Of a stretch of 64,000 bases of DNA, positions 11,926-24,076 are shown piece by piece. The stretch comes from Squalus acanthias (taxonomy: Eukaryota). The notes below the pieces were generated by a model. That model was not told the DNA's origin and made no database searches. It was given only the letters and a program-made list of their open reading frames with translations. Position numbers and translations under genes: made by a program. Location of the stretch: assembly GCA_030390025.1 (NCBI GenBank), contig CM059432.1, positions 20,462,001-20,526,000 of the forward strand, in the 5' to 3' direction. The first letter of the stretch is position 1; every line of letters begins with the position of its first letter.

Positions 11926-12962
11926 TTTCAGTGGCTGGTTTTCTTTTTTTTTAAAAAAAGGTTGGTTTGCTTGTGCAATATCTGGATTGTGACACACCAT
12001 TTGTATACACACACACATAATTACTTTTATATGTAAACACGCATACCTAAAAGTAATTAAATGTTACATGAATGAACTCCCCTAAAGACCAGCACAACAA
12101 ATATCTAGTTAAAAAAGGGAAAATGGATAAGGAAGTCGATGGATGGCCCAGTAAGCTAGAAGCACAGTAACTCAGCATTCCTATGATTCCCAACAAGACT
12201 ATGTGGGATATAACTTTCCAGTGTTGAAAGTTTGAGAATTCTTTATTCTGGAACATTTTACATTTTCAGCTCTATTAGAAGTTAGAGAAATCCATAAGTG
12301 CAAACTAACTGTAGATGATCTGTTGTAAAAGAGGAGGCTCAACAGGTCCAATGCCCGTTAAACAGTGTTACAGACTGTCGGACTAGCAGCAATCCAGATT
12401 TACTTTCACAGTAATCTGCCAAACCTCTCAACTGTGCTGCAGCCCTTGACCACACAAAGGTTGAACTATTACTCCAAAACACTTCCAGTACTTGTGGACA
12501 GAATAGCTACACTAAAACACTTCTAGGATAACAGGAACACTATAATAAATAATAACTTTCGCTTTGATACAAAATGTTTATTTTCAAACACAAGGCGTGG
12601 ACAAAGTATCATTACACATAAAGCACCCTATCAGTTTCTGTTTGTATTCCCCACCCCATTTCCACACACAGCAAGTGGGGGGATGCAATCCAAACGATAG
12701 AGACCAACAAAACGCAACATTTACAAATAAAAGTATCAAGTTGCATCTTTTGCTTTTTTGTAAATGGGGAGGAAAAATTATTGATTATGCCTGATACCAA
12801 GAGGATTTAAAGATAGCTGGTACTGGTACCCACCCCTTCCAGTATGAGCCCCTGGAACCAGTTATGCAATAAATATTTATAGTTATTATTATATATATTA
12901 TATATGCATGTCGAGGTTTGCTTTCTGTTGCAGTAAATGTATAATATAAAACAACCACCTAC

Positions 12963-13015
12963 CCCTGCAGTGACTCGGTGCTGTCAGAACGCAGAGACAA
13001 CCAGCAGCAAGTCCC
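12963..13015 (-). other. Candidate non-coding first exon of a leftward gene
   Basis: Directly left of the promoter; donor GGG|GTAGGT at 12963/12962. The start site is inferred. Confidence 0.45.
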
Positions 13016-13160
13016 AAACGTCACGTGTAAAAGGCCCGCATGACGTACCGCGGTGCCTGCCGGGAGTTGTAGTTCAGGCCGCGCGGAGTCGGCAGGAACC
13101 ACACGGAGACTGCGCAGCGCGGGGGACTACAACACCCAGAACGCAAAGCGGAGCCGGCAA
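13010..13160. promoter_or_regulatory. CpG-rich, probably bidirectional Pol II promoter
   Basis: Outward-facing motifs GAACTACAACTCCCGGCAGGCAC (minus, 13053-13075) and GACTACAACACCCAGAACGCA (plus, 13125-13145). Also ACGTCACGTG (CRE half-site/E-box) and TGACGTA. No TIR/TSD around it. Confidence 0.75.
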
Positions 13161-13381
13161 CTCGCTTGTTCTGCCTGGTTGTTTGTGGGTGGGTGTGTGT
13201 CAGACAGGGAAATGAATTATGTTTTTTTTGATTGTGTATGATCCACTGCACAAATGCATAATTGGTCATTTCGGGGGGAAATGTTTTAAAAGTAATGCAT
13301 GCTGGCAAATCTTTTATTTTTAAAGCAGTATGTTGATATTATTTCACATTATTATGTTGCACAGTTACTGTGTGTTCTCAG

Positions 13382-13430
13382 AGGCATTCAGAAATAACCA
13401 GCAGGAGCCTCACTGTTTGCAGAAGGAGGC
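13382..13430 (+). other. Candidate short non-coding exon of a rightward gene
   Basis: Acceptor TGTGTTCTCAG (alternative TTGCACAG at 13364) and strong donor GGC|GTGAGT; contains no ATG. Confidence 0.45.
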
Positions 13431-13886
13431 GTGAGTTATATTGACTGACGTCGTGTGATCATGTTGACTGTAAAAATTTGGATCACAACGTCTTGAATTA
13501 GTTCATTCATACGTGCATCAATCATGTGTTTTATAACTTAATAGTAAAGAATACAGCTGCTGAAGGTGTCAAACAGCCCCTCCATTCTAAGGTGGAAAGC
13601 AAAAGTGTAACAAAAGAGGCAGCGTCTTCATTTAAAAAGTGGCAATTTTTTTAAGTGTTGGCAATTGCATGCAAACCAAAACTACCCTGTGAGATCACAC
13701 GCTACTTTTCTGCCTCAAGAATGGGATCTTCATATCTCCATAGAATGTGCAGATAATTTTCCAGGATTCCTTGCAAGAAAATGCTGTGGAGGCAGTGCTA
13801 TCTCAATATTTGTGGTTGCAGTGAAATACCACATTTAAAACTATACCCCTAAAAAGAGGGCTCGAGCCAGAGCACAGTAGAGTGAG

Positions 13887-15308
13887 CTGATTATGATTTT
13901 CCAAATGCCCTGCTACTGCTTCCTTAATGAAGGACTCCAGCATTTTCCCAATGACAGACGTTAAGCTAACTGGTCTATAGTTTCCTGCTTTCTGTCTCCC
14001 TCCTTTCTTAAATAGGGGTGTTACATTTGCGGTTTTCCAATCCGCTGGGACCTCTCCAGAGTCCAGGGAATTTTGGTATATTGCAACCAATGCATCCACT
14101 ATCTCTGCAGCCACTTCTTTTAAGACCCTGGGATAAGGTGCCACATAAAAGGTTACTGCACAAGATAAGAGCGCACAGGGTTGGGGGTAATCTATTGGCA
14201 TGGATAGGGGATTGGCTAACTAACAGAAAACAGAGAGTCAGGATAAATGGGTCATTTTCCAGTTGGCAATCAGTAACTAGTGGGGTGCCACAGGGATCAG
14301 TGCTAGGGCCTCAACTATTTACAATCTATATTAATGACTTGGATGAAGGGACCGAGTGTACTGTAGCCAAATTTGCTGATGATACAAAGATAGGTGGGTT
14401 AGCAAGTTGTGAGGAGGACACAAAGAATCTGCAAAGGGATATAGATAGGTTAAGTGAGTAGGCAAAAATTTGGCAGATGGAGTACAATGTGGGAAAATGT
14501 GAAGTTATCCACTTTGGAAGGAAGAATGAAAAAGCAAATTATTATTTAAATAGGGTGAGACTACAAAATGTTGCGGTACAAAGGGATCTGGGGGTCCTAG
14601 TACATGAAACACAAAAAGTTAGCATGCAGGTACAGGAAGTAATCAAAAAGGCTAATGGAATGTTGGCCTTTATTGCAAGGGGTATGGAGTATAAAAGTAG
14701 GGAAGTTTTGATGCAACTTTACAGGGCGCTGGTGAGACCGCACCTGGAGTACTGCGTACAGTTTTGGTCTCCATATTTAAGGAAGGATATACTTGCATTG
14801 GAGGCAGTGCAGAGAAGGTTCACTAGGTTGATTCCTGGGATGAAGGGGTTGACGTATGATGAAAGGTTGAGCAGGTTGAGCCTATACTCATTGGAGTTTA
14901 GAAGAATGAGAGATGATCTTATTGAAACATATAAGATTCTGAGGGGGATTGACAGGGTGGATGTTGAGAGGATGTTTCCCTTCGTGGGGGAATCTAGAAC
15001 TAGGGGGCATAGTTTCAGAATAAGGGGTCGCCCATTTAAGATGGAGATGAGGAGGAATTTCTTCTCTCAGAGGGCCGTGAATCTTTGGAATTTTCTACCC
15101 CAGAGAGCTGTGGAGGCGGAGTCATTGAATATATTCAAGGCAGAGATTGACAGACATTTGAACTACAAGGGAGTCAAGGGGTATGGGGAGAGAGCGGGAA
15201 AGTGGTGTTGAGGCGAAGATTGGATAAGCCATGATCTTATTGAATGGTGGAGCAGGCTCGAGGGGCCGATTGGCCTATTCCTGCTCCTGTTTCTTATGTT
15301 CTTATGTT
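13887..15308 (+). mobile_element. CR1 LINE, 5'-truncated with an inverted 5' segment
   Basis: 13887-14133 codes [15 protein letters not shown] on the minus strand. 14131-15308 codes DKVPHKRLL to the C-terminus on plus (in-frame TAG at 14459-14461) and ends in the TTCTTATG tail. Confidence 0.9.
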
Positions 15309-16627
15309 ACCGTACTCACTCCGAGCACAGTTCCCCACTGGGGGCACAGAAGTGCTGAAATGATCTTTATACGTCAACTCGCAAAACTGTTACTGGATAT
15401 ATATGCTTTAGGTTTCTCGGCAATCTGCTGCTGAAACTCGCAGTTCCTCAGCTGGCCATTATGCTGTAGTACAGGTTTCTATTGGAAATTATGAAATCTT
15501 GCACAACTGTTGTTCTTCTGTAAGTTCTTGTTAATAAAATAATGAAATCACTGAAGTGATTAAAAAATGGCAAGTGGTACAGAACAATATGAGATCCTTT
15601 TTCGAATTGATGAGTATTCAAATGAAATAGCATGGGCTAGTCACACAAGGCTTGGGTTGTCTGTAAGGGGAAGCTTGGAGCTATCAAGTTGAACATGTTG
15701 TGTCATGCAGAGAACCTCAGAGCTTGAAATATCTGTTGGGGAAAGCTTCAAGTTGTTGACTCGAGCTCCAGAAAATACAAATCATGATGCCTAGAATTTA
15801 CTGATCCATGAGGTTTAAGGAAGTCATCTGCAAAAGAGATTATATTGAGAAAGAAGCTTGTTTTTTATTGGAGTTCTGGTGGAATATCATGGCCCGGATT
15901 TTGCGATAGGAATACTGGTGAGGCTATCAACAGTCACTGTTATTATGGAGTAAATCGGACAGCAACTTCTGGCATCCACACATGCGCAGTTAAATGCAGA
16001 AATCCGGAAGTTGTTGTCCGATTTGCCCTGCTCCTCCACAAGCTTCGCTACACTGGTACCTCACCGAGAGATTTGGCATTAAAACACATGAAGGTGCAGT
16101 ACTTACCCATTAGTTACCCACTAAACATGTCAGAAAAAGTTGGGGCTAGTGGATTCAGGTGTAAGTGAATTTTTAATGGCATTATAAGTATTAATTACTG
16201 CCAAACAACCTCTCTGGCCCTGAAAATTTAATTTTACAAGTGTGGAGTCTCGTTCCTTCAGAATGTAATTATTGTTGGAGATTCAAAATTAAAATGAAAA
16301 TAAAAACATTTTTTATTTTTCTTTCTGTTGCTTTTATCTCTATTTCCTAATCTCATCTTTCTTTCTCTTTATTTTGTTTTCTATACATGATTTTACATTG
16401 AATTAAATATTCGAATTTATACTTCCTGGTTTAGACGCTGCGGCCAGAATTTTCTGGGGTCTGTGCGGATGCAATCGGAGGCGGGTCAGGTGGGAAATTT
16501 GCAATATCTTGGAGCAGGTCGGAAACCCACCATCATCCGGCCCCTACGCACCTTTCCCTCGGGTGTGTTTGCTGGCGCGGCAGCGACCCGAACAGCAGAG
16601 GCGGGCGAGCTAATTTAAATCATTATA

Positions 16628-17148
16628 GGTGATGGAATACTCTCCACTTGCCTGGATGAGTGCAGCTCCAACAACACTCAAGAAGTTCGACACCATCCAG
16701 GACAAAGCAGCCCGCTTGATTGGCATCCCATCCACCACCTTAAACATTCACTCCCTCCACCACTGGTGTACCGTGGCTGCAGTGTGTACCATCTACAAGA
16801 TGCACTGCAGCAACTCGCCAAGGCTGCTTCAGCAGCACCTCCCAAATCCGCAACCTCTTCCACTTAGAAGGACAAGGGCAGCAGGCGCATGGGAACACCA
16901 CCACATCCAAGTTCCCCTCCAAGTCACACACCATCCTGACTTAGAAGTATATCGGCGATCCTTCATCGTCGCTGGGTCAAAATCCTGGAACTCCATACCT
17001 AACAGCACTGTGGGAGTACCATCACCATACGGACTGCAGCGGTTCAAGAAGGCAGCTCACCACCACCTTCTCAAGGGCAACTAGGGATGGGCAATAAATG
17101 CTGGCATTGCCAGCGACGCCCTGATCCCATAAACGATTTTTTAAAAAG
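16628..17148 (+). mobile_element. Family-2 CR1-group LINE 3' fragment inside element A
   Basis: ORF 16629-17084 (MEYSPLAWMSAAPTTLKKFDTIQDKAARLIG..SWNSIP) followed by the family tail. Confidence 0.9.
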
Positions 17149-17509
17149 GTACTTGTCAGGCCTTTAAGAGTCTTTTTAACCCTGCCATTCAACTTTCCCT
17201 GGATGACCACGGGAAACACGCAGCTCGGGAACCATATCTGTCAACTTGAGGCAGAAGTTGAGTGGCCACTGATCCAGCTGATGAGTGCACAGCATGGAAA
17301 GTACAATAAAAACTCCCACCTTACAGCTGATCACTTTCCTCAGGCAGAAGCTGTTGCTGACTGCATTGCCAGCACAGATTTAGCTTTCTAGAGGCTGCAA
17401 GTGTTTGCAGCAAAGTTGCCATCCAGTCTCACCTCATTGTTCGAACCTATCACATCATTGACAGATCGCTTCTGTCATCTCTACTTGACCTGCCAGCTAT
17501 TCCGTCAAC

Positions 17510-18752
17510 AAGGTTGCCATTTATACTGTCTCACCTTGGTCCTCAGAAACTGACCACGATGAGCCCCAACTCCAGCAGCACCAGGCACACCAGCAGCACC
17601 AACAACAACGCCACCAACCTTTTCCTCAACCACCTGATGTTGCACAGGACAGAGGGCATCAGCACAGGGCTGCACCGCGCCAGAGGCCATACCCCCAACA
17701 CAGGGTATACAGGCAGAGGATGAGCTTCCTCAGCATGACTGAGCAGCAGTGCCAAAGGAGGCTCAGGCTATCGCGCCAGGTCGTCACAGACATTTGCAAA
17801 TTGCTGGAACAAGACCTGCAGCCCAGAGGAATGGGTGGACACTCCTTACCAGTGGCTGTCAAAGTCACCAGCGCCCTCATCTTCTTCACTTCAGGCTCTT
17901 TCCAGGGATCTGCAGCAGACATTTGCGGCATCTCACAGTCAGCCACCCACAGATGCATCACACAGGTCACCGATGTCCTATTTGCCAAGTCAGCCAATTA
18001 TATCAACTTTGCCACAGATGAAGCCAGTGTTAGTGAGCGTGCACTCAGCTTTGCCACTCTGGCTTGCTTCCCACGGGTGCAGGGTGTCATTGATTGCACA
18101 CATGTGGCCATAAGGGAACCCCATCATAACCCAGGAGTGTTTGTCAACCGCAAGGGCTTCCACTCCCTCAATGTGCAGCTCGTCTGCAACCATAGGAAGA
18201 TCATCATGCATGTGTGCACCAAATTCTCTGGCAGCTGCCATGACTCTTTCGTCCTGTGCCAGTCCACCCTCCTTCAGCTCTTCGTTCCTCCAAACAGACG
18301 TTCCGGCTGGCTGCTTGGAAACAAGGGCTATCCACTGACGACGTGGCTCATGACATCCTTGAGGAGGCCAAATACTGAGCCCCAGGAGACAAAAAATGAA
18401 AGCCACATCTCCACCAGATGTGTCATAGAGCAGACAATAGGCATACTGGAAATGTGCTTCAGATGCCTTGACAGATCTGGAGGAGCCCTTCAGTACGCAG
18501 CAGCCAGGGTCTCCAGAATCGTTGTGGTCTGCTGCACCCTGCACAACACAGCACAGCAGCGAGGATTTAGCGCTGCATGAGGAGCAAGGCACTGAACACA
18601 CAGCTTCTTCTTCTTCAGAGGAGGAGGAGCATCAGCTGGAAGACGAGGAGGAGGAGGAGCAGGAGGAACCTGCAGTCCAGATCCCACCAGCACCTAAGCA
18701 ACTTACTGCCCGGGAGGCCAGGGACGGGCTCATCATGACCAGATTTACTTAA
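17510..18752 (+). pseudogene. Harbinger transposase (HARBI1-like DDE nuclease), inactivated
   Basis: ORF 17720-18580 has [40 protein letters not shown] and VIEQTIG. The frame is open upstream through a Q/H-rich leader (likely start ATG>AAG at 17510). A frameshift near 18565 detaches the acidic tail ending at 18752. Catalytic GD reads GN. Confidence 0.9.
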
Positions 18753-19051
18753 CATTATGCAGTACACCCATATGGCTGCCACATGCTGCGCCAGGTTGAC
18801 ACCACCCCACAGCAACACCATAAAGCATCCCTACAATGACCAAGCCATTCCTTTCACACTGACCACCATTGCGAGAGGTAACGTTATGTGTCACCATTCA
18901 CTCCAACTCACTAAGCCACTTCCAAAGGTGCACACAAATTTGTCCAAGACCGGAAAGTGGTGAAAATAAAGATTTTTATGTGCGGTATCACAGTAATGGA
19001 AACTTTACAGAAACATTGAATAAAACACCTAACTGGCTACCCTTGTGAATC

Positions 19052-20952
19052 TACTTGTGTGTCATCATTCTCTTACGCGTGCTTCTACGAGGTGCTACCC
19101 CTGTGGCTTCAGCAGAGGTAGAGGCAGCCTGCTCACTTCAGTGCTGCTTAGACACTCTTGGCGGACCTCCTCTGGGGTTTGGAGCCTCTGATGGCCCCGC
19201 CAAAGTCTGCTCCTCCTGCGACTGTGCAGGGGCAGACTTGGCCATTTCTGTCCTAGGAGGCATCTGGGGCTCTGACTGAGGGGATGGCAACAGGAGAGAA
19301 GTGTGAGCGCTTTGAGAGGAGCCCCCACTTCCATGTACCCTCTCACCATCATCTCTCTCATGGGCCACCCACACTTCCCTGCTAGCAAGGGGCTGGAGGG
19401 CACCTTGCTGCACATCAGTTGGCCATGAGGACCCATGTCTACATTGACATCCCTCCTTGAGAGGAGGTCTATGAGCCTCTGCCATCTATTCTCCATAGAT
19501 AGCCATCTATCCTCCATAGATAGCCATCTATTCTCCATAGAGACCATGTGCTCCTGTGAGTGATGCATTAGCTGCTCCATGCAGGGTCCATCCTATCTAT
19601 GGAAGAGCCTACAGTCACCATCGCCTGCGACACGGTGTTACTCATGTTGGAGATGGACTCCTCCATTTTCTGCACATTTGCAGACATCGCGCTCGCGCTG
19701 TCAAAGCCTCCTGCACTTCTTGCTACGCCTCCAGGAACACCCACTTTCTGGATGGCCCCCGAGGCTCAGCGTCTGCATGCAGCTGAGCAGAGCTGGGAGC
19801 GTCCTGCGCCCTCTGGCGAGGAGTCTCCACTGCTGTCCCTGTCTCCACCATCTGCTCTTGATCACTTGTGACTTGTGAGACACCAGGTGACCAAACTACA
19901 TTATCTTGTGTGGAACCCACTGAGGTGTGCATATCTGCGCTGGTGCTGGGTGCGCTTATGTCTGGTGATGGTGCGCCCTCAGAGGCTGGAGGCTCCTCTG
20001 AGGAGTCATCTTCCTCTTCGTCCTGGACAGTAGGGGGGAGGGGGTGGGGGGGAGCTCTTGAACGACCTGTGGGAGAGTAAAGAGATGAGTTAGATATGTC
20101 ATGAAAAATGGGTACAGATACCATTATGCACATTATCACCATTCACTGGCTGCTGACATCAGTCCCCATATGAGTGACGGATGTATGCCATGTAGCTGTA
20201 TGATATGTAATTCTGTCACCAGGCTGTTGAGATGTCCCCCTCTCTCCATCTCCCACCTCCAGCTGCTCGGTGACTCCTGAAACTTCTAAGGCTGCCTCCT
20301 CTGCTGTTGTTAGGGTCGCCAATGATGGCGTTCCACCTCCAGTTTTCTCCCTCTCCCTCTTATTGTGGGCTCTCTTTTCCTGCAAGGAGGGAATGTAGAG
20401 AAGGTTGAGTGAGAGTGATGGAATGAGTATAAGGAATGGATGGGTTACATCTTTAGAGGGAGGCTATGATGGAGTGGGGTGCCAAAGCCAAGTGACCTCC
20501 TTGTGTGTTGTTAGTTGGTATGATTTCATTAGGATGAGGGTAGTGTGAGGGGTGGCTAGTCAGATGGGGATGTGCGTGTGTAGCTAGAGAGAGAGGGATG
20601 TGTGGACATGTTAGTGTGAGTAAGGATGTGCAGGAGCAGGGTTGGGAAGGCAGGGTGATGGGGATGTGATGAGAGGCACAGCAGGATGGAGTTGAGTGTG
20701 ACTTTGTACTCACCTTTCCTGATCTAATGAGACCATTGAAACCTTTCCGGCACTGCACCCAGGTCCTCCTCACCACATCCCTGCTGTTCACCTCCTCTGC
20801 AATTTAGAGCAAGCTCTTTTGGTCTCCTGGGGAGGTCTCTTCCACCCATTAGAAGGGAAGAGGACCTCCCTGTGTGCTCTGATTCCCTCCACAAGCACAT
20901 GAAGGGAGTTATGGGAGAATCTGGGTGCAGCCCTCTGTCTCTGTGTAGTCAT
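19052..20952 (-). pseudogene. Three-exon Myb/SANT-like (trihelix) DNA-binding gene of element A, disrupted
   Basis: Exon 1 20952-20714 (APRFSHNSLHVLVEGIRAHREVLF..RTWVQCRKGFNGL, frameshifted, donor GTGAGT). Exon 2 20379-20220 (EKRAHNKREREKTGGG). Exon 3 from 20066 with stops and frameshifts. All introns are GT-AG. Confidence 0.85.
19481..19543. repeat. 21-bp tandem repeat x3 within the Myb gene
   Basis: GCCATCTAT(T/C)CTCCATAGA(T/G)A x3; encodes SMENRWL/SMEDRWL on the minus strand. Confidence 0.9.
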
Positions 20953-21398
20953 CTCTGGAAATGTTTGCAGCAGTCTAATTGTGCAGTGTGCTGCCTGCAC
21001 ACTCCTAGCTGAACCTTCAGATGCAATGTGGCCATGGCTCCTTTAAATATCCCGGCTGAAAACGCGTCATCGATGAGGTCATCAGACCCGCACCATTTAC
21101 TAGGGCCGGGTAATGCGCAGGGCGGGCTTAATCGGCCCCATTAATGCAAAGTCGATTTCAGGAGCGGGATGGAATCAACAACGGGGTCGCGACCCACCAC
21201 GCCGACCGCCCGCACACGACCCGCCCAGGTAAACAAAATTCCGGCCTGCGTGTCTCAGTGAGGATTCTTCATTCTGATTGGTTGAAGAGACACGCTGTTG
21301 GTTGCTCTGTTCACACGTGCCGCAGATCCCCTGTAGAGGATGCCGCGCTGGAAAGGACCTCGAGTAACTGTAAGTTGATGCTGAAAAGCCCACAAGAA

Positions 21399-24076
21399 GG
21401 GCTGGATTTTCTCTGCGGAGGCAGGATGGCTGATTGCTGGGTTCCGGTCCTGCTCCCGGCTGCAGCCGCTCTGTCAAAGGGATTTTCCCTTGATTGGCCT
21501 TGTTAAGCCCGCCCTGCGGGCTTCCCAGCCAATTAACAGGAAGCGGGTCTGATGACGTCATTTGATGACGCGTCATCAGTCGGTTTCCTTAAAGGGACCA
21601 TGGCCACATTGAGTTTGACAGTTGTTCTGTCAGTGTTTTACAGCATTGAGGTGCTGCAAACACTGACAAGCACTGCACAAAGGTGCACAGCTGTACCCAG
21701 GCTCTCCCATGACTCCCTCCATATGCTTATGGAGGGAGTCACAGCACGCAGGTAGGTTATCTTCCCTTCCAAGGGTGGAAGAGACCTCCCCAGGACACCA
21801 ACGCAGCCTGGTTGCACATTTCACAGGAGGGCAAAAGCAGGGATGTTGTCAGGAGTCCCTGGCTGCAGTGGCGCCAACCTTTCAATGATTTCAGTGGATC
21901 ACGAAACGTTACTGCAAAGCCACACTCAAACTCACCCTGCTTGCCACTCAACACATCCCCATCACTCTGCCTTCCATACCCTTCTCCTGCACATCCTTAC
22001 ACCAACTTACCTTGCACCTCCACCCATCTCTCTCTATCTACATTATCACATCCCCATCTCACTAGCCACCCCTCACACTCACCCTCATCCTAGTCCAATC
22101 ATACCAACGAACAACACACAAGGGTAGGCACTTGAGAGGTTTAGCCAATGTTCATGTGAAGTTTCTGGTAATGTGTTGTCATACAGTGAAATCTATTTTT
22201 CCAACACTGCCCCTTATTGGACAGATCTGTGCGCACCTTGAGAAGTGTCTTACTGAGTTCCAGTGAATATTGAGACATAACTTCCCCCCGCCACCCGCAC
22301 CGCCCCCCCGCCCCTACCCCCCTCCCCCCGCTATAGTGATGAGTGTGCATGGAATGGGTTAGACATTAAAGGGATGCTTTATGGTGCTGGTGTGGGATGG
22401 TGTCAACCTGGCGCATCATGTGGCAGCCAGGGTTTACAGCATCAAGTGAAGAAAGTCTGGCCATGGTGATGCCATCGCTGGCCTCCCGGGCAGCAATGTT
22501 GTCAGGGGCTGATGCCCTGTGTCCTGTGCAGCATCAGGTAATGGCGGAGAAGTTTGGTGTTGTTGTTGGTGATGTTGGTGTTGGGGCTGATCATGGGAGG
22601 ATTCAGAGGAGCAAGGTGAGATAGTTTCAAGGGCACCGATGTAGCTGCAATAAATGGCAGCTGCAGGTGAGATGACAGAAGCGATCTGTCAATGGTGAGA
22701 GAGGCTGTTCCAATGAGGTGGCACTGGACAACCAGTTGGCTCTAAACACTTGCAAGCTAAAGAAATCTCTATGGGGGAAAGATTCAGTTGGTTGCGCCTC
22801 CCGTTAGCGCCTTAAGAGGGCGCTAATGGGGCGCAAATCATCTAGCGCCCAGGCGCGGCGATGTTTGCGCTGCTCACGAAATTAACTAGACACTTTGCGG
22901 CGGTGCTAAACACTACCGCCACGATCTCATGCGCCGGCAGATCGTGACGTCAGTCGAGTGCGCAACGCCCCGGTATCGCTCCGGAGCGGATATTGAGTGG
23001 CGCCCCCTGCCTGACCGCCTGACGCTAGCAACAACATGTTGAGGGGAGCGTTTTGCAGTCATGAAGTTAACTGGGGGAGCGCTATTTAAAGGCGACCGCT
23101 TCCTGCCTTTTATTGTTGGTGCCATTTTTGAACCACGCATTCTGAGAGAGAGGGAGAGAGTCTTCTGGAGAGATTCAACGCTGTGTGAAGGAGTTTTGGG
23201 TACTGAGCAGCACTTTGCAGGTTCATTTTGATTTGCCATTCCTTGTATCGATTTAGAAGAGACTGTGGGGGCTGCACTCTGAGCTCTTTCCCTGGTACTC
23301 TCCATTGTTCTTTCCAGCAGATTTGATGTGCAGGTCTCTCCAGGCCGAGATTCAAGGCTGCAATGAGCAGGATGTGGATGGAAAGCAAGATCAACCATCC
23401 CCTTTAAGAACTGGCCCGTGCCATTGTGTGTGTGTTCCGTTGCTGACTGACAGCACATGAGCTTCGCCAGCGCTCTGAGGTAGCGCCTCGCTCCTCGGCC
23501 TTTGCGCCTTAAGACAGGTGTGAAGCACCTGATTTAGCGCTCCAATCACCTCCAGGGGTGATAAAAGTCAAGTTTGCAGTCGGTGGCGATAATTAGCACC
23601 AGGCGCTAATCTTTGCGCCCGGCCGATAATTGCGCCCCAAATGGGGCAATACTGAATTTCTCCTCCTATATGTCTTACGAATGCAGTAACCAACAGTTTC
23701 TGCACTCTGAAACTGAACATCTGCAACATGGCATCCTTTACAACATTTCTGCAGCTGTCAGCTTCTCAGATACATCAAAGCAGACTCAACTCACGCCAGG
23801 GTGAGCTGGCGTGTTCCCCGAGCAGCAAGTAACCCGTGAGGGAGCACGTAAAATTGGAAGGTAGCCGCAAAATAGCATTAAATTGGCTCTTAACAAGCCA
23901 TTTAATGAGCTCAATTGTCTCCCCCACCGCTTGGTGTCGGGTCAGTTCTCCGCAGACAAACCCAACACCTGGGAGACTCGCGTGGAGGCAGGTAGGAAAC
24001 CCGCTGTCAATCATTGCTATTTTGACAGCGGACCCGCCTCCAAACCCGCCCTCTGAGCGCCGGCAAAATCCAGCCC
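21399..24076 (-). mobile_element. Internally deleted Harbinger (element B), opposite orientation to A
   Basis: Perfect 12-bp TIR GGGCTGGATTTT/AAAATCCAGCCC, TSD GAA. Keeps a decayed Myb exon 1 on + (~21670-21910). 22480-22770 is an inverted match to the nuclease leader of A (~17390-17670). Confidence 0.9.
22773..23666. mobile_element. Harbinger-type MITE nested in element B
   Basis: Imperfect TIR GGGGGAAAGATTCAGT/ACTGAATTTCTCCTCC, TSD TAT; same family as 1-296. Confidence 0.88.

Larger units (their letters stand above)
16442..21246 (+). mobile_element. Full-length decayed PIF/Harbinger DNA transposon (element A)
   Basis: TIR GGCCAGAATTTT/AAAATTCCGGCC (11/12), 3-bp TSD TGC, convergent nuclease and Myb/SANT genes. 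Confidence 0.92.

Noticed and set aside
12937..13308. ORFs over the promoter
   Set aside because: GC-rich chance ORFs with no recognisable protein.
17720..18580. Host HARBI1 gene
   Set aside because: It lies between TIRs with a TSD, is paired with a Myb pseudogene, has relatives in the window and carries a catalytic D>N change, so it is a transposon copy.
19481..19543. CRISPR-like repeat
   Set aside because: The units are contiguous with no spacers.
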